Assembly: GCA_965287045.1 (NCBI GenBank)
Contig: OZ336876.1
Span: forward strand, 50,220,001 to 50,284,000
Source of the DNA: Carcharhinus amblyrhynchos
Lineage: Eukaryota
Direction: 5' to 3'
DNA length: 64,000 nucleotides
In this document: positions 12,092 through 23,244 of the stretch, piece after piece
Position numbering within the stretch: position 1 is the stretch's first letter
How the letters are laid out: every line of letters begins with the position of its first letter
The notes under the pieces: model-generated
Seen by the model: only the letters and a program-made list of their open reading frames with translations
Database searches by the model: none
Told to the model about the DNA's origin: nothing
Translations under genes and position numbers: made by a program

Positions 12092-12720
12092 TGAACAATG
12101 AGGAAAATAGTGATAAGCTTCAAGAGGCATCAGCAGGCTGATGGAATGGACTGATACATCACAGATTAACTGGCGAGAAATGTTTTGTGATACATTTTGT
12201 TAGGAAGAATGAGAAGCGACAACACAAGCTCAATGGTATAAATTTGAAACGGGTGCCAGAGGAAAGAGAACAGGGTGCTTCTCCACAAATCATCAAAAGT
12301 CACAGTAAGAAGTCTCACAACACCAGGTTAAAGTTCAACATGTTTATTTGTTATCATGGGCTTTCGGAGCGCTGCACCTTCATCAGGTGAGTGTTGAAGG
12401 AGCCCGTTGAAGCAGCAGGGCTCCAAAAGCTAATGATACCAAATAAACCTGTTTGACTTTAACCTGGTGTTATCAGACTTCTTACTGTGTCCACTCCAGT
12501 CCAACGCCGACATCTCCACTTCATCATTGAAAGTGGCAGCACAGGCTCACAAATCGGTTAATAAAGCATATTGAATCCTGAGCCATATAAATAGAGGAGC
12601 AGAGTGCATAAACCAGAATATTGGGAAAGAGTAGAGGAGTGGGACTAACTGGACTGTTTTTCGAAAGAGCAGCGACAGACTTGATATACCCCCTCCTGTA
12701 TTGTATGATTCCATGATGCG
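12092..12720 (+). mobile_element. Old CR1 fragment hosting a Penelope-type insertion
   Basis: KCFVIHFVRKNEKRQHKLNG...; resumes after 12523 (cattgaaagtggcagc...aataaagcatat); ends with a CR1-like tail ctgtattgtatgattcc. Confidence 0.7.
12301..12522 (+). mobile_element. Fold-back Penelope-type mini-element (inverted pLTR + pLTR + tail), copy 1
   Basis: Left arm cacagtaagaagtctcacaac... is the reverse complement of the right arm ...cagacttcttactgtg; ~33-nt tail; TSD atcatcaaaagt / atcattgaaagt; decayed hammerhead motifs. Confidence 0.8.
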
Positions 12721-13462
12721 GCATCCCAGTTAGCTAAAAGTTCATTTTTAGGTTGAGATTAATAATACATTGTTGTGTAATCAGCCCAGTGGTAGCTTGC
12801 TTTGATACAATGATAAGTTGATATGTGCAGAATGAGGTAATAAGGGGTCTGTTGTCTTCAATAATTCCTTCTGCAGAGAATTTCTGTTAGGAAGTAAAGC
12901 TGTTTAAAAAAAACTCAGACAGAAAACTATTAGTTTGCACCTCTGAGCAACTGGTTTGAGAAACCCATGAGTAAAGACCCAGTGAGATGACCTTCTCGCT
13001 GGGGAGCAACCAGAAAAGCATAAAACAAACTCAGACTAGTAAGAAAACAACATTATTCCTGAAGTCAGTGAAATAGCCTACTCTCATTACAGTGAGGTGT
13101 TGGAATGGAAACAGTGAAAATAACCACAGCCACATAAAAATACATGCTTTCATCACTTTCCTTATGAATATACATCTATAGAATCGTAGAAACATAGAAT
13201 CCCTACAATGCAGAAGGAGGCCATTCAGCCCATCGAGTCTGCACAAACCACAATCCCACCCAGGTCCTATTCCCATAATCCCACACATTTACCCCGCTAA
13301 TCCCCTGACACTAGGGTCAATTTAGCATGGCCTATTAACCTTAGCCTGCACATCTTTGGACTGTGGAAGAAAACCCACGCAGACACAGGGAGAATGTGCA
13401 AACTCCACAAAGACAGTGACCCGAGGCTGGAATTGAACCCAGGTCCCTGGCGCTATGAGGCA

Positions 13463-13689
13463 CATTAGGAAGTCTCACAACACCAGTTTAAAATCCAACA
13501 GGTTTATTTGGTATCACGAGCTTTCGGAGCACTGCTCCTTCATCAGGTGAGTCCTGATGAGACTCATCTGATGAAGGAGCAGCGTTCTGAAAGCACGTGA
13601 TACCAAATAAACCTGTTGGACTTTAACCTGGTGTTGTGAGGTTTCTTACTGTGCCCACCCCAGTCCAATGCGGATATCTCCACATCATG
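13463..13689 (+). mobile_element. Fold-back Penelope-type mini-element, copy 2
   Basis: Inverted arms ~13461-13553 and 13561-13653, tail cccaccccagtccaatgcggatatctccacatc, 11-bp TSD gctatgaggca / gctgtgaggca. Confidence 0.85.
13514..13550 (-). ncRNA. Minimal type-I hammerhead ribozyme motif (intact)
   Basis: UCAC-CUGAUGA-A-GGAGC-AGU-GCUCC-GAAA-GC-UC-GUGA: full core, helix I UCAC/GUGA, 5-bp helix II, 1-bp helix III within palindromic AGCU. Confidence 0.8.
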
Positions 13690-14814
13690 GCTGTGAGGCA
13701 GCAGTGCTAACCACTGTGTGACATTAAATATTATTTTCTTTTTAATATATCTGAAATACAATAGGTATATTGTCTACATTCTGAAAATAAACCAAGACTG
13801 CCTTTTCTTCACACTTCACTAACCATCTGTAATTTTTTCTGCGTTCAAAACTAGGTAAACGTACACATGGTGCCACTTAAACATCTTCCCAGCTTTCATA
13901 ACGCACACATTTTCTATCACACAGTTTCTGCACACACATTATCTGTACAAATATTATGCTGCTGATAATGAAGTAACAATTTCGCCCTTCTCACAAACAA
14001 TGGCAAAATAACACGAGTTCAATGAATTGCGTAATCTTAGCCTTCAGACAGTCAAAGAAAAGTTCAAAGAAAATCAACATTCAATGCTTGTGCTGAACAT
14101 GTGCTTCTACCCAAATATATATAGATAGCTACATTTCCACTTCACTTAGGCCTTAGTCATCAGCTTGAGCCTGAACACGTTAGATTTCAGTGAAACTGAT
14201 TGTTGGTTTGAACATTTAAATATTTAATATGCCTTTACCTATCTTTCTCACACTTAACAGAAGACCTGACCTTAACTGTTTGAAGACTGAACGTGTCAGA
14301 AACCAGCGAGATCATTAAAGCTTGCTGTAGAAAAACTAATCAGACATCATAAAGTTGATGGAGTTTTAGTTAAATATCTGTGACAGGAAAAACATACATT
14401 AAAAAGACTTGTAGTTAAAATAAGCTCAATGATTAGGTCTGACATACCATTATATGGAACAAAAGCCCAAATATTTTCACCGATGAGCCAATTCCCCGAA
14501 GATGCGGCAAAGATGCACACTTCTGCGCTGTCCTTTTTCCTACACTTCAAAGTAGTTCTGCATTTCCTGTCAATTTTAAATATGCATTCTCCTGTCATTT
14601 ACAGAAACCACCCCCACTTCCTGTTTTCAGCATGCGTCGGGCAAAGAAGGCCTTACAATATTAGTTATGCTGTAGACCACAGATCAAACCAGTTTCTACA
14701 TGGTTTCAGGCTATGTGGTATACGGAATTTCCAGTTTTAACAGTTTTGATACATTTTATATGATAATCTTTGGACCTTCTCCATTAGTGGCAGATATTTT
14801 CAACTTGAGGCTTC

Positions 14815-14967
14815 ATTAATTTCATATTTAGACAGTTACATGGGTAAAATGAGTATAAAAGGATATGGGTCAAATGGAGGCAATTGGGAATAGCTTAGTG
14901 GTAAAAATTGGGTGGCATGGACAAGTTGAGCCAAAAGGTCTGTTTCCATGTTGTAAACTTCAATGAA
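14815..14967 (+). mobile_element. CR1 3' terminal fragment
   Basis: ttagacagttacatggg...ggatatggg...ggcatggacaagttgagccaaaaggtctgtttccatgttgta; reverse of the tail at 55118. Confidence 0.75.
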
Positions 14968-15049
14968 AAGAAAAATTTTTCCTCTATATATTTAGGTGAT
15001 TCTAGTTTCTGTCTGGTGATTTCATTCCCTCCGTTTAATATCCTTTATA

Positions 15050-15215
15050 AAATGATTTGATTTATTGTCACATGTATTGGAATACAGTGAAAAGTGCGTT
15101 TCTTGCGCACTATACAGACAAAGCATGCCATTCATAGAGTACATAGGGAAGAAGGAAAGGAGGGCTAGTGTCACAATCATAGCTACGGTGTAGGGGAAGA
15201 GCAACTTAATATAAG
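15050..15215 (-). mobile_element. Probable Rex1/Babar LINE 3' end
   Basis: Minus strand ends cttttcactgtattccaatacatgtgacaataaatcaaatc (stem-loop, AATAAA, short repeat), as I recall for fish Rex-Babar tails. Confidence 0.55.
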
Positions 15216-15887
15216 ATGGATAAATAGAGCATTATTGGGGAGTTTAAAAGAGTTAGAATACAGTTTCAGAGTAAAAGTTAGAATTAGAAGGTATGCTGGG
15301 GACCGGCACCATCTTAAGTTAACGTGACTTGGATTTCTTCCTGACTTTGACTCGCTTCTTCCTCAGGAGAAGCCGGGTGAATCTCTCACTAATCACAACT
15401 TTCAGACATTTTTTAATCATGTCTACGATTACCTTTAATGACAGATTTTTATACATAAACACAATTATACCCAAAATATGCTGCAACATGCCTTGGAGAT
15501 CACACTTAGCATTAAACTATTCAACTTGTTACACTTATGAAATTTAAAGGGTTATAATGTCTTAGGTCAATGTCTTTTGATTTATAACAGTATTATAGTT
15601 TGGGACTTTTAACTTATGTTAAAGAACATATGATATGTGCTGGAGTCTGTTGACAGTAAGCCTGGGTGATTTAAGTATTAGAGAACAGAAGAAAACTCAT
15701 TGTTTTATTGACAGAGTGGTGGCAGGTATTTACATTTGGGAGCAAAGACAACTGTTCATAGATCTCCAATGTGTATTCTGCATCTCCTGACGGTGGTATC
15801 AATATCAAGGTGTAAACAATTGGGCTGGAATGTATCCCATTACTTCCAAGATGAACAACAGTTGCGATCAAAGTAACTGATTAGCAC

Positions 15888-16237
15888 GGGCGGCATGGGA
15901 GCACAGGGGTTAGCAATGCTGCTTCACAGCTCCAGGGACCTGGGTTCGACTCCCGGCTTGGATCACTGTCTGTCTGGAGGTTGCACGTTCTCCTCGTGTC
16001 TGCGTGAGTTTCCCTGGGTGCTCTGATTTCGTCCCACAGTCCAAAGATGTGCGGGTTAAGTTGACTGGTGATGCTAAAAATTGCCCCTTGGAGTCCTGAG
16101 GTCCTTAGGTTAGAGGGATTAGCGGGTAAATGTGTAGGGATAAGGGGATAGGGCCTGGGTGGGATTGTGGTCAGTACAGATTTGATGGGCCAAATGGCCT
16201 CTTTCTACACTGTGGAGTTTCTATGATTCTATTTCTA
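15888..16237 (+). mobile_element. Full-length HE1-like V-SINE
   Basis: tRNA head with A/B boxes (ggttagcaatgctg...gggttcgactccc), V-domain, CR1-type tail gatgggccaaatggcct...ttctatgattctat. Confidence 0.92.
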
Positions 16238-16493
16238 CTTAAATACAAAGCTAATATGATGCTTGTTACCATGGATAAGAGAGTTAAAGAAGCCGATCTG
16301 AGATTGGATTACAGGATTCCTAATAAACCTGAGAATATCACAGGCAGAAGGAAGTTGCAGTTTTGTTCTGTGTGGTCTGCAGATAACTGACAGGTAGAAA
16401 GCAAGACAAGATAGAATTAAACAGGTCTGTACCTTAAGGAGAGAAAGTGCTGACTCTATCATGCAGAACATGGCTGGGAGTTTGTGCCCAGTT

Positions 16494-16945
16494 TAGGAAC
16501 ATAGGAGTAGGCGTAGGCCATATTGCCCATCAAGCCTGCTCCTCCATCAATTGACATTATGGCTGATTATTTACCTTAAAGCCAATTTATTGTGCTATCT
16601 CCATGTTCCTAGATGTCATTAGTATTTAGAAATCTATCGATTTCTGTCTTGGACTTGCTCAATGATTGAGCTTCCTTAGTCCGAATTCCAAAGATTCATC
16701 ATTCACTGAATGAAGACATTCCTCCTCATCCCAGTCCTAAATGGTCTGTCACATATTCAGAGAATGTGCCTTCAACAGCAAGGGGAAACATCCTATTTAT
16801 ACCTACCCTGTCACCTTCTGTAAGAATTCTTTAAGCTTCAATAAGATCGCCTGTCATTCTTGGAAACGCTAGAAATATAAGCCCAGCTTCTTTAATCTCT
16901 CTGCATTAAACAATCCTGACATCTCAGTAATTAATCAAGTGAACA
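16494..16945 (-). mobile_element. Old CR1 3' fragment
   Basis: ggagtaggcgtaggccat...gaattccaaagattcatc...gaagacattcctcctcatc...ataagatcgcctgtcattctt; colinear with 36318-36840. Confidence 0.8.
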
Positions 16946-17982
16946 TAGTGTGAAGACTGAGTTCACGAGGACAGAAAAGAAACTGGAATATTTGCCTACC
17001 TCGGAGAAATAAATCTAGAATGTAATCCTCACAGTGAAAGATTGACCTGGGATTAGAAATTACCTGGCTGGGAAAGGAGAAAGGAAGCAATCTTCACTGA
17101 AAGTAGGGCGCAAGTATGAACTATTTGTTACGATTTGCAATTCTGAGGACAGTGACAGGTAACAAGAAACTGTTTGATTCTACAATTTAAAGTTTAGGTT
17201 GTTTACTTAAGAAAATAATGTTAAGTCAAAGTGTTTTTTTTGTCATTTGATACAGTGAAAAATTTTAAGAATGCAAAATCTTGGTGTCATTTTTGTAGCT
17301 GATAACAGGATGTTCAAATGTCTCTTTAAAAGTTATTTGTCTTTACAGAGATTGGGCCCAGATATGTCCTATACATAAAAGGTAGGACAAATCCAACCCA
17401 GCTGATTACAGCTCCATCAGTCTATTCTCAATCATTAGTAAAGTGGTCATCAATAGCGCTATCAACCAGCACTTAATAGTAACCTACACACTGATGCTCA
17501 GTTTGAGTTCCACCAGGATCATTCAACTCCTGACCTCACTCCAGCCTTGATTCAATCATGGACAAAATAGCTGAACATCAGAGGTGAGGTGAGAGTGACT
17601 GCCCTTGACATCACAGCAGCATTTGACCAAGAGTGGCATCATGGAGTCCTAGCAAAATAGATGTCAATGGAAATCGGGGGAAAACTCTCCACTGGTTGCC
17701 TAGGACAAAGGAAGGTAATTGTTGAAGGTCAAGTATCACAACAGGAGAGTAGGGCTGTGATCTAAGCACAACCATCTTCAGTTGCTTCATTGCTGGCCTT
17801 CCTTCCATCATAAGGTCATCGATGAAGCAGCTGAAAATGGTTATGTCCAGTGAAGTGGGAATATTCTCTGATGTTTGCACAATGTTCAGCATCATTCTCA
17901 ACTCCTCAGATACTGAAGCAGTTCATGTCCAAATGCAGCAAAGACCTAATATTTAGGCTTGGGCTAACATGTGCTCGTAACA

Positions 17983-18525
17983 TTTTTATTATTCATGGAC
18001 TATGGGTATCACTGGCCAGGCTAGCATTTATTACCCATCCCTAGTTGCCTTTCGGAAGGTGGTGGTGAGCTTCCTTCTTGAACTGCTGCAGTCCATGGGA
18101 TGTATGTACACCCAGAGAGCTGTTAGGAAGGGAGTTCCAGGATTTTGACCCAGTGACAGTGAAGGAACAGCGTTACTGTGTGCCACTTTGTCCTGGTGCT
18201 AAAGTCAATGCAAACTTGCTGTTAGTGGTTTGATACAACTGAGTGGCTTGCTAGGCCATTTCAGCAGGCATTTAAGAGTCACTCTGGGTCTGAAGTTATC
18301 TGCAGGCAATACCAGGTAAGGACAGCAGGTTTCTTTCCCTAAAGGAAATTAGTGAACGAGATGGATTTTTACAACGATGGTTAATGGTTTCATGATCATC
18401 ATTACTTTTATTTCCAGATATTTATTGAATTCAAATTCCACTACCTGCTGTGTTGGGATTCAAATTCAGATCCCTTGAGTATTAAACTGAGTCACTGGAT
18501 TAGTAACAATACCACTACGCCACTC
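17983..18525 (-). mobile_element. tRNA-headed SINE (family 2) with the second LINE family's 3' tail
   Basis: Minus strand begins gtggcgtagtggtattg; body cactaatttcctttagggaaagaaacctgc; ends gggatgggtaataaatgctagcctggccag. Confidence 0.75.
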
Positions 18526-19200
18526 CCTCACCTCACACAAGTGCCAGGTAATGACCACCTCTAATGAGAGAATCTAACCAACTCCCCGTGACATTCAGTG
18601 CCATCACTGACGCCCCAATTATGAATATTCTAGGGGTTACTGTTGACCAGAAACTGAATTGGACTAGCCATGTGAATATTGTGGCTATAAGAACATGTCA
18701 GAAGCTAGGGAGTCTGTAGCAAGTATCTCACCACCTGAGTCCCAAAATACTGTCTTCCACTGACAAGGCACAAGTCAGGAGTGTAATGAAATACTCTCCA
18801 CTTGCCTGGATGAGGGCAGCTCCAGTAACACTCAATAAGCTTGACACCATCCAGGAAAAAGCAAGCCAATTGAGTGGCATCCCATCTACAAACATTCACT
18901 CCTTCCACCACTGATGATTGGTGACAGCAGTGTGTACCATCTCCAAGATGTAATGCAGGAACTCACCAAGGCTCTTAGGCAGCATCTTCCAGATCAAGAC
19001 CACTTCCATGCAAAAGGACAAGAGCAGACGACCACATGGGAACACCACCACTTGCAAGTTTCCCCCCAAGCCACTCATCATCCTGATTTGGAAATATATT
19101 GCCGTTCTTTCACTGTCACTGAGTCAAAACCTTGGAATTCCCTAACAGCATTATGGGTCTTCCTACACGACATGGATTGCAACGGTTCCATCAACTTCTT

Positions 19201-19499
19201 AGTCATAGAATCGGTCCATTGAGTCTGCACTGACAGAATACCTCACTCAGGCCCTCTCCCATAACCCCACACACTTTCCATAGCAAATCCATCTAACCTA
19301 TAACTTTTGGGACACTAAGAGGCAATTTATTATGGCCAATCCATTTAACCTGCACATCTTTGCACTTTGGGGCACCCGCAGGAAACCTACACAGACATGG
19401 TGAGTATGTGCAAACTCCACACGGACAGTTATCTGAGGCCGGATTTGAACTTGGATCCTTGGCGCTGTGAGGCAGCAGTGCTAACCACTGTGCCGCCCT
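19201..19499 (-). mobile_element. HE1-like V-SINE
   Basis: Head gggcggcacagtggttagcactgctgcctcacagcgccaagg on the minus strand, V-domain, CR1-type tail. Confidence 0.88.
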
Positions 19500-20559
19500 A
19501 AAGAGCAATTAGGGATGGTCAATAAACGCTATCCTAGCCAGCAACACTCATATCCCATGAATGAAAAAAAATTACTTCTATTATCATTAGGTTGACTCCA
19601 ATTTAAGGTCAACATAAGCAGATATTGCTGAAAGATACTGAATCTGTCTATCAATTATGTTCGTGCTACTAAAATCTGATGCTAGACCTTTTAAATGGAA
19701 ATGGGAGAGTATACTAACTCACCATCGATCTACTTGTTAGTGAATTTTCTAACCTAATGCCTACATTATAAATACTGAATATAATGGCGCAGGTGATCAT
19801 TTTTAAATGAACTGGCATATCATAAAAATTACACCAGTGTGAAAAAGGTAACTAAATTGCACGAGAAAATAATTTTGCACAAAGTAGTGTCATCTCATAT
19901 TGTGAAAAAACACCTTCCTAAGAAAAAGCTTATTTTCAATCGCCATTCTTTTTACTAAGAAACTTGGTGGTTTCTCACATTCTTTAAGCTCTAGTGGAAG
20001 TCAGACAGAGTGCACCCAAAGTACAATCAGCCGACCTGACCTGACCTACAATTCTATGTTTCAGATTGTCTGCCTTCACAGGAAGTTTCAACCAGAAGCC
20101 AGAAATAAAGACAACTGCTGCTGCAGAATAAGGAGGCTCTGGCTGCTCACTTCAGGACGGCTGTTCACAAATAGGCCTCCTATTTCCAATGGTCCTTCCG
20201 CTCGTTCAGTTAAAAAAACAGATACTTGCATTTTTGAGTTCTCCATACTTTGTTAGATAATCTCATCTGATGGAGGTGAATATCACTGTGCTGATGGGCA
20301 GCCTGCTGCTTATTCCATTTTGGCCTCTGCCAAATGAAAATGAGGTAGAATGCAATGTGATGGTGGAGAACACCTGTTGCAGAGGATCACCAGCCTTACA
20401 ACCAATTCATATCACAAAATCTCCATCTTAGCAGTCATTTAATAGCAGGTTTGGCTGCTGGGTTATTCTGCGACTGGCCTACTGAGGCACAACGTAATTT
20501 CTACCTAATTTTCCAATAGACCACTGCTTGTCATCCTTGGCAAATGCTCATGGGCTTGC

Positions 20560-21405
20560 CATCTCCAAAATCCTTCTGTACTCTTGTCAATCAACTGTGA
20601 CATTCCTTTTTAATAATACCCCTGCCATCCCCACCACATCGTTTTAATTTTCACTTGTGCACAATTTGCTGATGAGATCACCAGTGTACTGTTTAGATAT
20701 GTTCAGAACTACATATTTGAATTGCACTGATCAGCTTTCCTCCCCTGCTGTTGTGCCAAGACAAATCATATCAAAGTCACAAATGATTGTGACAAAAGCC
20801 AACTTTCCCTCCTCAACCGTTTCAACCTGGAGAAGGTTCAGCACGTCATCCTCCTCTAACATCTCTCCTCAGTGTCCAAATAAGTGGAACTATTCTCATC
20901 TGGCTCCATTCCTATCTATCTAGTCATGGCCAGAGAATCACTTGCAATTGTTCTTGCCCTAAACCCGCACTATGACCATTGGTGTCCCCCAAGAATCTAT
21001 TCTTGGTCCCCTCCCATTTCTCATTCAAATGTTGCCTCGACAAAATGATCCAAAAGCACAAGATTAATTGACGTGTGTGTACTAATGCCACCCACCTCTA
21101 TCCCACAACCACACTGCTTGACTCCTACACTATTGCAACATCAGATGGCTTATCCAATATCCAGTAATGGATGACCAGAACATTTCTCCAATTAAACCCC
21201 AGGAAGACTGAAACCATTGTTTTCCATCCCTGCTCCAAACTCTGTTCCCTAGTTTCTGACTCCATTCTTCTCCTTGGCAACAGTCTGAGAATAAACAGGC
21301 TCTGTGCGCAATCTTGGTGCCAAATCTGACCTCAAAATGAGTTTCTGACGTCATGTTCATGCCATCATCAAGCCCACTATTTGCACTTCCCTAGCATCAC
21401 CCACT
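20560..21405 (+). mobile_element. Degenerate L2 LINE fragments
   Basis: ggtgtcccccaagaatctattcttggtcccctc (GVPQESILGPL); WM..NFLQLN..KTE-type motif at ~21167-21215. Confidence 0.75.
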
Positions 21406-21409
21406 CCAT

Positions 21410-21643
21410 TCCCATAACCCCATGTTTTCACCATGGCTAATTCACCTAACCACCCTGGACATTAATAGGCAATTTAGCATGCTAATCCACCTAACCTGCA
21501 CATCTTTGCAAGAAACTAGAGCACCTGATGGAAACCCATGCAGTCACAAAGAGAACGTGCAAACTCAACACAGATTGTCACCCAAGACCTGAATCGAACC
21601 TGGATCCCTGGCGTTAACGGGCAGCAGTGCTAACCACTGTGCA
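21410..21643 (-). mobile_element. HE1-like V-SINE
   Basis: cctaacctgcacatctttg...ggaaacccatgcag...gcagcagtgctaaccactgtgc. Confidence 0.85.
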
Positions 21644-21749
21644 GGGAAGTTTCTGCCTCTAATCCCAAAGGAGACAAACTGCTTGAAGCAATGTATCAAA
21701 AGCCTTAAAATGCAACTGATGAGGCTCACACAACAGCTCCAAAGTAAGT

Positions 21750-22000
21750 TTTATTTTTCTTTGTTCATGGGGTGGGGTGTGGGCATTGCTGGCTGAGCCA
21801 GCATTTGTTGGCCATCCCTGAGGGGATTAAAGTTAACCACATTGCTGTGGCTCTGTAGGCCAGACCAGGTCAGAATGGCAGATTTCCTTCCCAAAGGACA
21901 TTAGTGAACCCAGGTAGGTTTTTACAATAATCGACAATGGTTTCATGGTCATCATTAGGCTTTTAATTCCAGATTTTTTTAATTGAATTCGAATTTCACA
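21750..22000 (-). mobile_element. SINE family 2 fragment
   Basis: ggcagatttccttcccaaaggacattagtgaacc...ggtttcatggtcatcatt...gaattcgaatttcac; matches 18320-18440. Confidence 0.75.
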
Positions 22001-22216
22001 ATAATAAATAACTCTCAGTCACTTCCTTTTGTCGACAAACTCATCACAACATTTCATCCATGATTACCAATGTCATGGATGCACAGCTTCACAGGGAAAT
22101 AGTATTTCTCATAGACTTATGGAAATATTTAAATGCTATAACTCAACATTGACTTTCTTTTATTAAAGAAACAAATTCATCTGTATCTCGTAAACTGGCT
22201 GAAATTCTCAGATTTA

Positions 22217-23040
22217 ATCCTAATAGTAGGATGGAATAATAATAGGATGGATCCTAATAATAGGATGGAATAGTATTTAAATGGTGAAAAGTTGCAGCTT
22301 GCTACTGTGCAGAGGGACCTGGGGGTCCTTGTGCACAAATTGCAAAAACTCAGTCTGCAGGTGCAGCAGGTGATCAACAAGGCGAATGGAATGTTGGCCT
22401 TTATAGCGAGGGGGATAGAATATAAAAGCAGGGAGGTCTTGCTGCAACTGTACAAGACACTGGTGAGGTCGCAACTGGTGTGAAGTTTTGGTCCCCTTAT
22501 TTGCAAAATGATATATTGGCCTTGGAGGGAGTACAGAGAAGGTTCACCAGGCTGATACCGGAGATGAGGGGGTTAGCTTATGAGGAGAGATTAAATAGAC
22601 TGGACCTGTACTCGTGGAGTGTAAAAGGCTGAGGGGGGATCTTATAGAGACTTACATGATGATGAAGGGGCTAGATAGGGTAGAGGAAGAGAGATTCTTT
22701 CCACTTAGAAAGCAAACCAGAACTAGAGAGCACAGCCTCAAAATAAGGGGGGGGGGGCGGAGGGGGAGCAGTTTAGACCAGAGTTGAGGAGGAACTTCTT
22801 CTCTCAGAGGGTGGTGAATCTCTGGAATTCTCTGCCCATTGAGGTGCTGGAGGCTACCTCGTTGAATATGTTTAAGTCATGAGTAGAAAGATTTCTGATA
22901 GATAAGGGAATTAGGGTTACGGGGAGCAAGCGGGAAAATGGAACTGATCCATTTCAGATCAGCCATGATCTTGTTGAATGGCGGGGCAGGCTCAAGGGGC
23001 TAGATGGCCTACTCCTGCTCCTATTTCTCATGTTCTTATC
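22217..23040 (+). mobile_element. 5'-truncated CR1 LINE
   Basis: QLATVQRDLGVLVH...GIEYKSREVLLQLYKTLVR; tail ggcctactcctgctcctatttctcatgttcttat; frameshifts and an expanded G-run near 22746. Confidence 0.93.
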
Positions 23041-23244
23041 ATTTGCTTCAATTCAGATTTCAAAAACATTGTCCACGTAATTCATTAAATAATGGGCCAA
23101 CACATAGGAAGAGCCAAACGAAGCCTAATTTGCTAACAAGAACTGATATTACTGATTAATGTAAATTATCTAGTAAAACTTTTTTCATGTTACCAACTTA
23201 TCACTTAGTATTGTATTCTAAAGTCCGACATTGATGAGCAATTC

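Larger units (their letters stand above)
13176..13718 (-). mobile_element. HE1-like V-SINE interrupted in its tRNA head
   Basis: CR1-type tail (catagaatccctacaatgcagaaggaggcc), V-domain, and head ...gtggttagcactgctgcctcacagc split by the insertion at 13463-13689. Confidence 0.9.
17380..19570 (+). mobile_element. Degenerate CR1/L2-group LINE (second family), RT to 3' end, with two nested SINEs
   Basis: Decayed DKSNPADYSSISLFSIISKV...DAQFEFH...GEVRVTALDITAAFD; tail agggatggtcaataaacgct...atcccatgaatgaaaaaaaa. Confidence 0.85.

Noticed and set aside
16950-17355. Solo LTR of a Gypsy-type element
   Set aside because: Only a vague compositional resemblance; no TG...CA ends, PBS or TSD found
20341-20362. 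let-7-like start tgaggtag
   Set aside because: Only 8 nt match; the rest of the mature sequence and a precursor hairpin are absent
21713-21752. Extra hammerhead (ctgatgaggct...agctccaaagt)
   Set aside because: GAAA is replaced by CAAA, helices I and III are unconvincing, and there is no pLTR context
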